A stretch of DNA of 64,000 nt from contig OX597819.1 in assembly GCA_951406725.2 (NCBI GenBank), positions 95,418,001 to 95,482,000 of the forward strand, written 5' to 3'. The stretch comes from Octopus vulgaris (Eukaryota). The notes beneath the pieces were generated by a model, which worked only from the letters and a program-made list of their open reading frames with translations, ran no database searches and was not told the origin of the DNA. The position numbers were made by a program, and so were the translations under genes. Shown here piece after piece: positions 50,225 through 63,151 of the stretch (positions within the stretch are counted from its first letter, which is position 1; the number at the start of each line of letters is the position of its first letter).

Positions 50225-50312
50225 ATGGAACCTAAATGGGAATTTGAATGTCCCCAATTTGTTGATTTTACTCAAAATGTATCTGAAGATGAAGACAGCG
50301 ATTCTTGGTTTG
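50225..50312 (+). CDS. TPX2: TPX2 coding exon 1 (Aurora-A-binding motif)
   Basis: ATG 50225; MEPKWEFECPQFVDFTQNVSEDEDSDSWF; G|gtaagt donor. Confidence 0.9.
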
Positions 50313-53300
50313 GTAAGTAAAACAATTATTTTACGACATCGATTAATATGTATTCTGCTTACTGTATTTTGCACACACATATGCGTATATATAACATTTA
50401 TCAACAATATAGAAACCTGACCTGTTATTTTCATCATTTCAAATTTGTTATATGCAGATTATCCTTATTTCATTGCTTCTAACTATATTTAACGGCGCAT
50501 TTACGCATTAATAATGTCGCATTTTTGTAATGATAATTTTGTCACGTTAAATGTTTCTTTGGTGTTCATTTTTCTTTTTACTTATTTGAAACTCTTAAGA
50601 CTCTGCAAGGATGAATTTCAAAAACTGGCAATCTTTTTTTTTTTTTTTTTACATCGTGTGTTAGTATTTCTAAAATCAAAATATTTTAGAAATTTATTAT
50701 CACCAGTTTATCATGTAACTCGACTAATCACATCAAATGCTATTTTTCATAAAATATTATTTAAAGTAGCTACTATATATAATTATGTGTGTCTGTATTG
50801 CACGTATATTTGAATAGATTATAATGGGATTCAAATATAAAATTGTTTTACTAAATAAAGCTCCTCTACCCCATCTACAGAACAAATTTGTGCTTAAAAT
50901 ATTCACAAAATAGAAATATAATAGTATTCGGACAGAAATCCGAATAACTTATATTGAAAATAATGAGATCGGTGGCCAGTGTTAGCCTACCGCGAACCTT
51001 GCACCATTATTACAGTTGATGGTTTGACGGTTACTGGGTCTGAACGAGATTTCACTTCAAACAACGCTGTAGAAATATTTCAACAAAAACTTATTGTAGT
51101 CGTCTTGTGGAATGTTTAGAATTTTATATTTCCATTTAGCTATTCTTTTCTAAAGTATTGACTTATCTACATAAGTTAATATCCATTTTTTTTAAATGTG
51201 TTAACCCTCTTTCAACATTCGAATTTTCATTTAAATGATTATACTTTATTTTATACTTAATTCTGTTTGTTGAATATGAAATAAAAGTTGTATATTACAA
51301 TTGTTCTGATAATAGTATTTTGAAATTTTCTACGCTATCTAGTGTATTGAAAGATACAGAGAAAGAATAAAAAGTATTCGTCGTGGGTACCTAAGCTAAA
51401 ATCGTCTTAAGGAATGCAATATTTCGTGTTAGGGTGTAACTTCATTTCATAAATATACTCCTGTTTAACTTTTTAATTGCGATTGCAAACATTTTTTTGT
51501 AGTGTAATTACTAATTGGGCCTAGTGTCGGATCATGCATCTGACTAACTTTTCCGGATCTTCTTTTTTTCCTTCGAAAATTTATTGGGATTTCAAGATTT
51601 TAAAAATTAGATTACGATACATGACGAAAATTGTATTAAAGCCGGGACCTTTCGTCTTTATAGAGTCATGTACCGTCATCTTAAGACGACGGTAGGGTGT
51701 GAATTGAAGAGTTTGGCTACTGTCTCTAGCTATGTCGAGCGACCGCGTATAGGCACCCTTCTTGGCCCCCCCACTTAACTGATTCTATTGAAATGTGTAT
51801 CTCCAGAGATGCATATTGAAACGCTTAATCTACTTACAAAACTGACAAAAATCGACGAATCCATTATTTAATACAGTATCTGCAAATAATTGATTTTTAC
51901 ACGTTCCCCTTGACAGTTCAGAATTTTTGTTGCATTGGGTGTTCGTGGAGAAGAGGGTGAGTCCAACATTATGAGCTGTTGTAAGTTATGTCTATGTAAT
52001 ATATAATATGGATCAGTTGAGATATGAATTTTATGTGTGGTGGGGTAATGCGTTTGTTACAAACACCCTATCTTCCTGAAGTGTCATATTCCTGACTTTC
52101 ATTCAATAATTAATCTGATTAATTAGTTAAATTGAATAGAAAATATGTGTAGTCCTAACTTTCTTGACTGGAACAACTTTGGTAATCACTACTAACTTCG
52201 AACTGAACGAAAAATGCTGACTATAGATTTGAGCCTGTTCCTTGAACTGGCAGATCTAAATACCTCTCTCAGAAACACAACTGGGTAATTGTTTAAATTA
52301 TTAGAGGGATATATGAAGAGGAATTTCTTATTTAAGATTGTCAAATTTATGTTGGGTTTTGATAGTAGTTGAAAGACGTGAAATGTTAATATTTGTTTCT
52401 CTTAATGTTGCAGACGTTGATCACGAGGCCGACATAAATGACATCTCACTTTTCATGCCTGAAGGACAAAATGCTATCATAGCCCAAGCAATGCCAGTTG
52501 TTGTTGCCAAGCCAACCAAAAAGGAGCCTCCTGAAAATGTTACCAATGCTGATGGTAAAGCAAATACAGGTGAGTATCCTAAAACTCACATTTTCTTCAC
52601 ACATTTGTATTGTATTGTAACACTTTAGCTAGGTATATTAACTACTTGCTTTATTCCCCAACCCACCCTTTTTTTTTTTTTACAAAAAGCTGGTTCCACT
52701 TACAACTGTCATGGTTGAGTGGTTAGTGACAAAAAAATGGCATAACGCTATAAGATCAATTACTTTAATATAATACCATTTGTCCAAAGTAAGCAAGGTT
52801 AAAAAAGAACATTAAACTAGCAGAATTGTAAATCAACTTAGAAAACTGATATTTGCAAAGGACAATTAAGCTTTTATTCTGTTCAAAAGGAGCAAAAGTG
52901 ACAATCTCAAAATATGAAAATTACAGAATTCATTACAGTGGGGTTCTTTAGCAGTATCGGGACAAACTCCGGCTATGTTTCCCTATTAGAACTAATAACC
53001 AACTCCTGCATATATTAAAGAATGTGTTGAAAGGTACCCAAATTATTTTTATAATTTTTCATTTCCTTGTATTATAGGTGTGTCTAGTAAAGATCAGTCT
53101 AACAATAAGCAGTCTCCGTTGAAGAATCGCTCAAATATATGTTCTTCTGTGGAAGAATTTAATCGCAAATTCAAGAACAAACCTGTTGCCTCTGTTGTTG
53201 GTAAAGAGAATCAAGCAAAGTAAGTGTTTAACTGTTGTGTGTTGGGTAGGGTCACTAATAACGACTGTTAATATTAACTGTTTCTTTGCAAAACCAAGGA

Positions 53301-56300
53301 CTCAGATCTGACTAATTGAATATTTGAGGAGAGCCCATCATGGTTATGTATAAGAGAAAAATACAGATTGGAAATAGGATAGAGCTTTGGAAAAATACTG
53401 TCTATAGAGCCTATATGTGTAACTGTTCAAATTACTAGTAATATCAACCAAATTTCCTTCAAAATGCATATTTTAATGTCCATACTGACATTGGTTAGAG
53501 AACTTGTTGAGACAGATTTTCTTGAATCAGATACTCTTATCAAGTATCACCTGTTTCCAAGTAAGGGTAATATTTCCCTTAGTCAAAGGACTAAGGGAAA
53601 TATTACCCTTACTTGGAAACAGGTGATACTTGATAAGAGCATCTGGTTCGTGAAAATCTGATCAGCTCAAAGGCCAGACAAGCTTTTGCAACAAGTTGAA
53701 AACAAATGGCATTTGTGTGAACGGTGACCTTTCAGTTCAGTCCCACAGTGTGGTACTTTGGGCAAATGTCTTCAGCTATAGCTCTGGGCCAACCAAAGCC
53801 TTGTGAGTGGATTTGGTAGATGGAAATTAAAAGATATTGTCACATCTTCACACGTGATAATTGTAAATGAGTATCACTGTGTTACAAGCATTCATTCCCA
53901 ATGATCTGCATAAGCATGTCTGGCATGGGAAAATTCTTTGCTTGGAAACAGGAATGGCATCTGACAGTAAAAAAATCTCAGTAAACTCCATCTTACCCAT
54001 ACAAGCATGGAAAAGTGGATGTTAAAATAATTATAGCTTTCATTTACCAATTCCTCTTGGTAAGTCATTGGTCAGCTTCAGTCCAATGTAGAAGATACTT
54101 ACCCACACTGTTACATGGTTTAGGGGTAACAAGCCCTAAATATGGTCATGAAGCAAACTTTTTAACTACACATTCAAGAAAGGATACTTGTTATATAGTC
54201 CTAGAGATAGCTTTCAAAAGAAAGCTGTTGCCTAAAACCCTTTGATCAGCCAAAACAGCAACTGAAAATGCACTTTAGAGGACAATTAGAATATGTAGTT
54301 AAAACATTGGTGCAATTACCTTGACTACCTAAATCTCAGGTACTTTAAGTGGTGCCCACTCTATTGTAAGTAATCTAGCCAGGTTTTGTGTCTAAGGATA
54401 ATCAGATATCCTTAGACACGATGTCTTAATGCACTGCTTTCAACTCTTTTCCTCTGCAACTCCTCCACTCCTACCACTTGTGTTGAAGAGTCTGAAAACA
54501 AGGGCGCTGCTTTTTGATCTCTAGCTAAGCAATAAAAAAAAAAATTAGCACAAAGTTTGGAAGGAAGCTCTAGTGGAAGGCAATATAACTGTCATCAACT
54601 TTTCTGCCTAAATTTGTAAACCTATATTAACAGCCTAGAGTAATGTATAAATCTCCGGGCCGTGACTGCTGAGAACATGCGTAAGCTCACGAGAAATGAA
54701 GCCAGTATGCTCCGATGGATGTGTAATGTCAGTGTGCATGCTCGACAGAGCGTTAGTACCCTGAGAGAAATGTTGGACCTAAGGAGCATCAGTTGTGGTG
54801 TGCAAGAGAGACGATTGCGCTGGTATGGTCATGTGGCGAGAATGGATGAAGATAGGTGTGTGAAAAAGTGCCAATCCCTAGCAGTGGAGGGAACCCGTGG
54901 AAGAGGTAGACCCAGGAAAACTTGGGACGAGGTGGTGAAGCACGACCTTCGAACTTTAGGTCTCACTGAGGAAATGACCAGCGACCGAGACCTTTGGAAA
55001 TATGCTGTGCGTGAGAAGACCAAGGCAGGACAAGTGAGTCCAGCCCACTTATGAATGCCTTTCCTCCCTTGGACACACAAAGACCTGTTGAGGTAAGCGA
55101 AGTCGATATCGAACCTCATCCGACGACAGGCACCTATGCCTACCCCGCTTTGCTTGCGAAGACCTGTTGGGACAAGTGAAATTGGAATCGAAATTAAACC
55201 AATCCTATGACTGGCACCCGGCAGATGCCAGGACCCCTGGACTGGAGATACGTAAAAAGCACTATCCGAATCATGGCTGATGCCAGCGCTGCCTCGACTG
55301 GCTTCTGTGTTGGTGGCACGTAAAAAGCACCATCCGAATCGTGGCCGAAGTCAGTGCCGCCTCGACTGGCTTCTGTGCAGGTGGCACGTAAAATGCACCA
55401 ATCCAACTGTGGCCGATGCCAGCCTCGCCTGGCACCAGTGCAGGTGGCACGTAAAAAGCACCCACTACACTCACGGAGTGGTTGGCGTTAGGAAGGGCAT
55501 CCAGCTGTAGAAACATTGCCAGATAAGACCGGAGCCTGGTGCAGCCTTCTGGCTTCCCAGATCCCCGGTCGAACCGTCCAACCCATGCTAGCATGGAGAA
55601 CGGACGTTAAACGATGATGATGATGATGATGAAATACCTAGAGCTTAGCTTTCATAGAAATTTTTTTTCTGACTATTTAAATTTATTTTACTTTTGTTTG
55701 TAGTAAAGGACCACGAAGGGTTTTGAGAAACCCTCAACCAGATTCAGAGCAACCTACTGTAGGGATCTTTAAGTCATCAAAGTAAGTATTTTATGGTATA
55801 ATTATATCATGTGAACTGCAGACATGTTGTTAGTTTGCTTCATATGGTTCTGGGTTCAACCCTATTGTATGGCATATTGGGTGTCTTACTATATTCCTGG
55901 GCTGACATGCCTTGTGGGTAGAATTTGGTTGAGAGAAACAGGAACCCTGACTTTGCGTCTTTTGCTGATGTGTATTGGTGAGAAAACCTCTCAAAACACC
56001 TGGTGCTACTGAAGAAAAAACATTGAGTGTCCTTTATTCCTTGATGAGTTGCTTAGACAATCTCTAAGCAATTTCTTGCTTATTAGAAATGCAGTGATCC
56101 AATGATTGGCCCATTTTAACTTTTCACCAAATGCAATTATATTAATGGGTGATGCAGAGAAAATGCATGCCTTTACCCTTTACTTTCCCATATGTCTTGG
56201 TTGTCTATGCTACAGGTGGCATCAGACTGTGAAGAGAAACTGGGAATATGAATGGCTCATTATTTAGGGTGTTCAAATATTAAAATTTTATTTCTATTGG

Positions 56301-59300
56301 ATTTCAATAAATTTGCATTTCCAAATACTTGATAAGCTTTGTGAATAATTTTGATGCTATTCATCATTATCTTTTATGCTTCCTTTTCTATGCTGGTTTG
56401 ATTTGGATGGAGTGTTGCAGCCCCAAGCTCTTATTTGGAATTCTTTCTCAGATGGGTCATATTTCATTTTTGGTATGGTTTCTATGGCAGGATGCTCTTT
56501 TCTTCAGCAACCACTTCACAATATTTTGTACATTTTGTGATAGCACTAGGGTTTGTTTGGTTCTTAGTGAGACTTTGTTCTATGTTGTTGCTTTTTTATT
56601 GACCAACACCATATTAGTTGATTTTTCTCCACCAAGACTTAGGATGGGTCCCCTCTTCTCTGTGTTGTCTCTGGAGAGTGGTCAGAGTGAAATGAACAAG
56701 AATGGCAATGAAAGGAATGAGAAAGGGATTATAGAAGAGATATTGTGATGATAAAGGAATGATAGAAAAGAGTGATAGATGAGTAACAGAGAGAGGGATA
56801 GCAGTAGACTAATAAGATGGTTAGTAGCAAGGTAGATGTTTTAATTTTTATTTATTTTTTCATTTTTAAAGAAAAGAATCAGAGCCACAACCTAACAAAT
56901 CTGACCAACCAGAAGGAAATAATCACCAAAGAAGTCTTAGTAAAGATGCTAATTCCAAGACTGATTCAGTATGTTCTACAAATAATAAAACAAATCAAAG
57001 TATGTCAAAACCCAGAGAAAGTAAATCTGGATCTACAGAGAAACTAAACAAAAGTAATCTGAGACGTTCAATCTCTTCAAGCAGTATCAACAAAGTAGCG
57101 CCTAAAGATAAATTTCAATTTAGGCGTTCAGGTTCCTTGGATAAGCTGGCTGTCAAGAACACGGCTCCAAAGTTAAAAGAAAACCTTCTCAGGTCAGTAG
57201 GGTTTGTTTTGTTTGTGTATTTCTAGTATCCTTGCCACCTCAGAACTACCTTTGTAATTTTTCAAGAGAAAAGCTAGTTGCGTGTTAAGGTTGAATCAGA
57301 CCCAAACACTACAATAATAGGTAGATGTTTGCTGTAGACTATATTAATTGATCAGCTACTTTGTTTGCAGGAATAGATAAGAAAAATTCCAGTTATTTGT
57401 TGAGCCTAATGGTCAAACTATAAATACTCAGTTTGCATTCTCATTCTATAGGTTGGTTTCATAAGTGATAAGACTAGTTATGGACATTGTTACATTCTAC
57501 AAATTCCTTACTTTGTATTGGTATATTTATATAAACAATAGTGGTAAAGGGAAGATATATTGAGCTACATTTGCTGGGATCAAGGCAGCATTTATGTGAT
57601 TGCTTGATCTGCTAAAAATTTCGAATTTCCTTTGTGTCACTCTTAAAGAGAAGACACATTAGATCATGTAGTCAGAAGAGATAACTTGATCATAACTGGA
57701 ACCCCTTTTAATCATAAGTTTCAATTGATACTGACTTGTGACTGAACAACAATGATCTTGAGTTCATATGTTATAAAAATGTCAATGCTAATCCTTTTTT
57801 CCTTGTTCACCTTATGAAAACTTAAAATCAACATTAGCTATATGCTCCCAACCCTAACTTCAAAGTGATGTAATTGTGGTGTAATAATTTCTTTAATAAT
57901 TTTATTGCATTAAAATAATTCAAATTAGATGGTAATAATTTTTAAATGTTGATCCTTGATTTATTCCTTTCAAAATTGTCTTTGGTCCTAGAGTTTTCTT
58001 TCTTTGTATGCCTGTAGCTGTTTTGGTAAACATCTTATTAAAACTTAAATTTTTAAAGTAATACCATCTTAACATCTGAAGTTGAATATTTAAACATGTT
58101 TGTCTGGTCAACTGTAAAAGCCACCAAATTATATTTTATGTCAATGAATAGAATAAGCATAAGGTGTCTTGTGTGACATGGGTGTACAAAATGGTTGACT
58201 ACTGGTGCATGACATTGATAAAAACTTTGTTTTATCTTTCTTCCTATTATAGAACATCTAAACCCATGACTTATGAGGAAATTGAACGACAACAGATGGA
58301 AATCGCACGAAATAAGGCTTTGGAAGCTAAGAAAATGGCTGCAGAATCACTGAAAAGAGTGAAGAATTCCAAGGGATATCAGCCTATTACCTCCAACAAA
58401 AAATTGACAGTTGCAAAAGAATTTCAGTTCAGCTCTGATAAACGACTCCGTAGTCACTCAGTTGACAATGTAAAATCTCCAATTACAGAATTGTCTCAGA
58501 TCTTGCGCAAAGAAGACAAAAGTTGCGTAAGTGACATTTCAGTCCCTTCTGGATAGGTTTATATTTTATTCTTTTAATGGTTTCAGTCATGTTGTTATAT
58601 GGGGAAAGGTTCTCATTGAAGATGAAAGGAAGGGTCTATAGGAGTTGCATGAGGACTGCAATGCTGTGTGGGAGTGAGACATGGTGTCTAAAGGAGAGAG
58701 AGAGAGATGGCAATTTTGAGAAGGACCAAAAGAGCAATTGTGAGAGAAATATGTGGAGTGAAGCTGTTTAAGAGGTAGACTGAGGATTTGATGGGGGATG
58801 CTGGGGTTGGAGGAATCAGAATGGCTGGTAAGGGTGACAGGAGTGCAGTGGTATGAACATGTTCTGAGGAGGGTGCTTGAGTTTGAGGCAAAGGAACTGA
58901 GAAAGTGAGGTAGACTGAGGAAAACATGGACGAGGAGATGGGGACGACACCTAAAACAGAGTGAGATGGTGTGAGGGCAGTTGCTATGGCATTGAGGTAG
59001 ATCCGGCCACCCCCATTAACGGGGACAAAACCTGTATTTAAAACACTGGATGACATAAGGAACACTACCTTCAAAGATTTTAGTTGATCAAATTGGCTCC
59101 AGTACTTTCTCAGTTCGTATATTTGTTAAACCCTGTAAGGAACATGAAGGATCACAGCATAAACAGCAGATTTTAGACTGCTGCAACATAGACATGGGAT
59201 ATATGCACACAATTTATTTTGTGATCTTATGACTATTATTGCTGCTCCAGTTTACTTCAGTGAAAAAGGATGCACTCCTATTGCATTGGATACTTAGCAT

Positions 59301-61169
59301 TAAAGACATCTGGCTTTCAAAACAATTGCTCCAAAACAATTAAGCACTTTGTGCAGAAAATGTTTTTTTTTTTAAAAAGTTCCAGCAAATAGCTGTGTAA
59401 GAAGGCATTCATAGAATATTATTCTAAAAGCATTAGAAATTTAGATAAGATATTGCAGTAGTTTAAGTATCATAAAATGCTTGGCGATATTTAGTTAAAT
59501 TTTTATATTGTAGTCAAACTACTGCTTGTATAAGTGTACATATGTCAGATAAGTTTGTCTGCCTGCCAAATTTGTGGCTTTGTGACAATGTCAGAACTGA
59601 TATAGCTAACTATACTGTGTTAAATTGTATGTAATGATGGAAAAGGTTGAAACTAGTTCTTTGGAATTAATCATTTCATGTCTGCTTTATCACAATAGCA
59701 CAAATTGGACTGGTCTTTTCTTCTTTTTGTCAGGGAGAAAGCAGTACTCACAACCCTTTGCAAGGTCATGAGTACTACTTCTTCCAAGACTAGTAGGAGG
59801 AGGAAGAAAGTATCCTCATACTAGAAACCTGTTTCGGACATGATTTTGCTAAAGACATCCAAGGTGGTGGTGGTATTAAACTGAGCAATAGATAGATACC
59901 ACCCAGATTGAGCTTTGAACTCAGAATGCAAGGAACAGGAACAATTACTGTAAGGGATCTCCTCTGATATTCTTACAGTTCTGTCAGTTCACTACCTTGA
60001 ACTGTTATTTTTTATGGACTCCTAACAGGATGACTGGCAAAGTTGTCCTGAGTGGGATTTGAACTCAATACAGTGTTGTAACAAATACCATATCATTCTC
60101 ATATAATTGCCAAATTGCCACATCTTGTCATTTTTGTGGTTGGATGCCCTTGTCACCAAGCATGAACTGGTTGCATTTCATTTCATTTCATTTCACTGGA
60201 ACTAGAAGCTATGGTAGGGATACAGGGTAGCATTAATACTTTGCATTTGATTTTTATTCAGTTTTTGATGGGACGCCTGTATAACTATTTGCAGAAGTCC
60301 TTGTTTCTTCTTTTTTGTTTTTTTTTTCTTTTTGCAACTGGATGTCCTTCCTATCACCAATCACTTTGCATAATCAAAGTAGGACTGTCATTCTTTAATT
60401 AGGTTGAACCCTTGATCTATGATATGCATTACTCATGTCAGACCCCACCCCAGAGCATGGCAGCTGTTTAAATTTTTGGCAACCATATTTCTATGTAGTA
60501 TACTCTCCATTATTTTGAAAGTACAGATTTTTGGATTTAGTAAAAAAAAAAAAAGCCATTAAATTGGCTTTTGTCATTTTTTTCATAAAAAAATTTTTTA
60601 TTTATACATTTGAAAATTTTAGGGACCTAAAGTGATCTCAAGCAAATTGATGTCAAGAGTTAAATGATAATAATTCCAGGCACCTGTAGACCATTTGGGA
60701 GTGATGCATATGACTGTTGCACACTCTGTGTGTTAGTAATGCCATGTGGTTAAGATTTTGTCTTTGAAACCACATGGTCCTGAGTTCAGTCCCATTGCAT
60801 GGCACACTGAATAGTTTTTCTATTAAGTCCGATGCATGTATAGTGTTTATTTTACTGATGTATCAAATTGCATCTCTATGAAACTAAAACTGTAGACAGA
60901 TAACGATAAAGTACCACATACAAATAATAGGATTGATGTATTCCTCTAGACAAGTTCCAGTCTGACTGAAGCAAATGAAAAAAGAGTATATTTTTTTTCT
61001 GTCTTGCAGCCAGCATCAAAGATGCCAACAAGGACAGTTGTTCAACCTTTTAAGTTTAGTGAAATGAATCACAAGACTACAGCCACTAATATCAAATTTC
61101 AGTCAGTAGCAGAACAAATTAATAACTTCTCTAGGAAAACTCCAGATCGCTATAGGTCTCATACAAAAG
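50225..61169 (+). CDS. TPX2: TPX2 (targeting protein for Xklp2), spliced CDS, 3'-incomplete: join(50225..50312, 52414..52569, 53078..53219, 55704..55781, 56872..57192, 58253..58526, 61010..61169)
   Basis: Seven exons joined by GT-AG introns, phases 1,1,2,2,2,0,1, open throughout (1219 nt). N-terminus MEPKWEFECPQFVDF...DSDSWFD resembles the Aurora-A-binding motif. Later LTVAKEFQFSSDKRLR, TVVQPFKFS and SVAEQINNFSRKTPDRY resemble TPX2 conserved blocks. KEN boxes present. Confidence 0.9.
52414..52569 (+). CDS. TPX2: TPX2 coding exon 2
   Basis: ttgcag| acceptor, CAG|gtgagt donor; DVDHEADIND...GKANT. Confidence 0.88.
53078..53219 (+). CDS. TPX2: TPX2 coding exon 3 (KEN box)
   Basis: ttatag| acceptor, AA|gtaagt donor; GVSSKDQ...VGKENQA. 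Confidence 0.86.
53513..53660. repeat. 72-bp-stem fold-back hairpin in TPX2 intron 3
   Basis: Arms 53513-53584 and 53589-53660, loop AAAG; inner 51 bp perfectly complementary. Confidence 0.95.
54660..55631 (+). mobile_element. 5'-truncated young RTE-type LINE (RT C-terminus, 3'UTR, (GAT)n tail)
   Basis: Open ORF MLRWMCNVS...ERRLRWYGHVARM...GRGRPRKTW...DRDLWK; tandem-repeat 3'UTR; ends ggacgttaaacgatgatgat. Confidence 0.93.
55704..55781 (+). CDS. TPX2: TPX2 coding exon 4
   Basis: tttgtag| acceptor, AA|gtaagt donor; KGPRRVLRNPQPDSEQPTVGIFKSS; phase 2-2. Confidence 0.8.
56872..57192 (+). CDS. TPX2: TPX2 coding exon 5
   Basis: ttttaaag| acceptor, AG|gtcagt donor; in frame with ORF 57002; Ser/Lys-rich, ends KLKENLL. 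Confidence 0.82.
58253..58526 (+). CDS. TPX2: TPX2 coding exon 6
   Basis: ttatag| acceptor, TGC|gtaagt donor; TYEEIERQQME...LTVAKEFQFSSDKRLR. Confidence 0.92.
58590..59055 (+). mobile_element. Decayed RTE LINE 3' fragment, different family
   Basis: SLKMKGRVYRSCMRTAMLCGSETW; ends ccggccacccc..gggacaaaacc..aaaacactggatga. Confidence 0.8.
61010..61169 (+). CDS. TPX2: TPX2 coding exon 7
   Basis: cttgcag| acceptor, AAG|gtattt donor; PTRTVVQPFKFS...SVAEQINNFSRKTPDRYRSH. Confidence 0.92.
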
Positions 61170-62366
61170 GTATTTGAAATTTTTTTTGTAACTTTATTTC
61201 TAACTTCAATTCCATTCTGTAAGATAATTGGTTTGATTAAATATTTACACTTGCACACTGTTACAGCTGCATGACCATTTTAACTGCTAACTACTTACCA
61301 TATTTTGTAGGATGGTAGATGTTGCATTGTGGAAGACCCACCCTGATTTTGGGAATGTAATTCTTGAAAATTTTATTCTTACCCATGCCCACCCACATGA
61401 TTGGACATTGGTACACAGCACTATACTCTTTGGTTTAAGTGTCTTGTGATTATTCATGTGATACATTATGAAGATTGTACCACACCTGCTACTGCTGGTC
61501 ATCTAGCAGCACTCAACAACAACTGCCTGGTACTGCTCAATGTGTGGACAGACCTTAAGTGGTACCAATCATCTATGTCATATCAATTTTTAATAGAGAA
61601 TCTATTTAAGAAGTTAAAATCATTATTCTAACATGTCTTTTCAATGTATCTAACAGGCTATGGTGGTAGATACAATTCAACTTGCATCATGGATGATGTA
61701 TTTAATTTTCAAGAGTTTCCTTTTTCCTTTTACAAAAGTGTTTTCATGCTGCAAAATAAATACAATAAATGTGAAACACTAATTGAACTGATGTCCACCC
61801 ATGGATTCAGAGGTAGACTTTGTTATATGCCTTTCTTTACAATGGTTAAGGAAACAATTTGATTTAAAATCCAATTTTGATTTCAGATTTTTTTAAGTAT
61901 CTTTTCATCTATCAACTCAATTTTCAAATTTATACTTATTGCTGATAAATTGAATTATCATCACTAGATAGTTACTTTTGAAAGAAACATATTTGAAAGC
62001 TGGGTGTGGAATTTTTTTTTACCTTACTATAACACAAAGCAGAGTAAATTTATCTTTACATTAACCATGTCATATGTAACAACTTTCCACTGAAACTGGA
62101 GAATTTAAATGTGTAACACACACAATTTGCATGTAATGTGACCTTGTATCTCCCCTACCACAGGACACCTATTCCTCAAGCCTTTCCTAATCTGGCATCA
62201 AGCTGCCTTTCCTCTACCACAGTCCCATTCAGTTGAAAGGCTTTTTCGTCTTGTGAGTTGCATGCCAACTTCACTAGTGTCAAACCATTCTACCCATGCT
62301 AGCATGGGGGACAGTTGTCAGATGATGACTTGAAATTAGTAGCAATGCTATATATATATATATATA

Positions 62367-63151
62367 CTAGCAGTATTGCCCGGCGTTGCTCAGGTTTGTA
62401 AGGGAAATAACTATAAAGCATTTTTAGAGAGTTATAGCCAAAAAAATGGAAAAAAATTATGGTAAATTTTTTTTGAGAGTGAAAAAAGGTGGAGTTGCGT
62501 CCCCTAGACAGTTTGCGGTTTGTGTTTCTGATTCTCGACCCCATGTCGAATTTATCGATTTTTTTCAGAACTGGGGGAACTTTTCAAAATTTTCGCTACT
62601 CTTTACTCTTTACTCTTTTACTTGTTTCAGTCATTTGACTGCGGCCATGCTGGAGCACCGCCTTTTAGTCGAGCAAATCGACCCCGGGACTTATTCTTTG
62701 TAAGACCAGTACTTATTCTATCGGTCTCTTTTACCGAACCGCTAAGTGACGGGGACGTAAACACCCTAGCATCGGTTGTCAAGCAATGCTAGGGGGACAA
62801 ACACAGACACACAAACACATACACACATATATATATATACATATATACGACAGGCTTCTTTCAGTTTCCGTCTACCAAATTCACTCACAAGGCATTGGTC
62901 GGCCCGGGGCTATAGCAGAAGACACTTGCCCAAGATGCCACGCAGTGGGACTGAACCCGGAACCATGTGGTTGGTTAGCAAGCTACTTACCACACAGCCA
63001 CTCCTGCGCCTATTAGTTAGTTTTGCTACGTTAGTTTTGAATTATGACATTGGGCTATGTGTGTGTCAAGTTTCATTAGAATCGGTTGAAAGCCGTGGTC
63101 AGGGTGAGGGTACTAGCAAACAGACACACAGAAACACGCACAGACAAACTG
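62367..63151 (-). mobile_element. Non-autonomous Helitron interrupted by a SINE; 5' end replaced by an RTE tail
   Basis: ctagcagtattgcccggcgttgctcaggtttgtaagggaaataac nearly identical to the start of the 29027 copy; SINE at 62597-63011; (GAT)n tail at 63153-63198. Confidence 0.75.
62597..63011 (-). mobile_element. Full-length young tRNA-derived SINE
   Basis: Minus strand GGCGCAGGAGTGGCTGTGTGG (A box)...GGTTCAGTCCC (B box); central CA/TA microsatellite; (AAGAGTA)n tail; CpGs intact. Confidence 0.9.
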
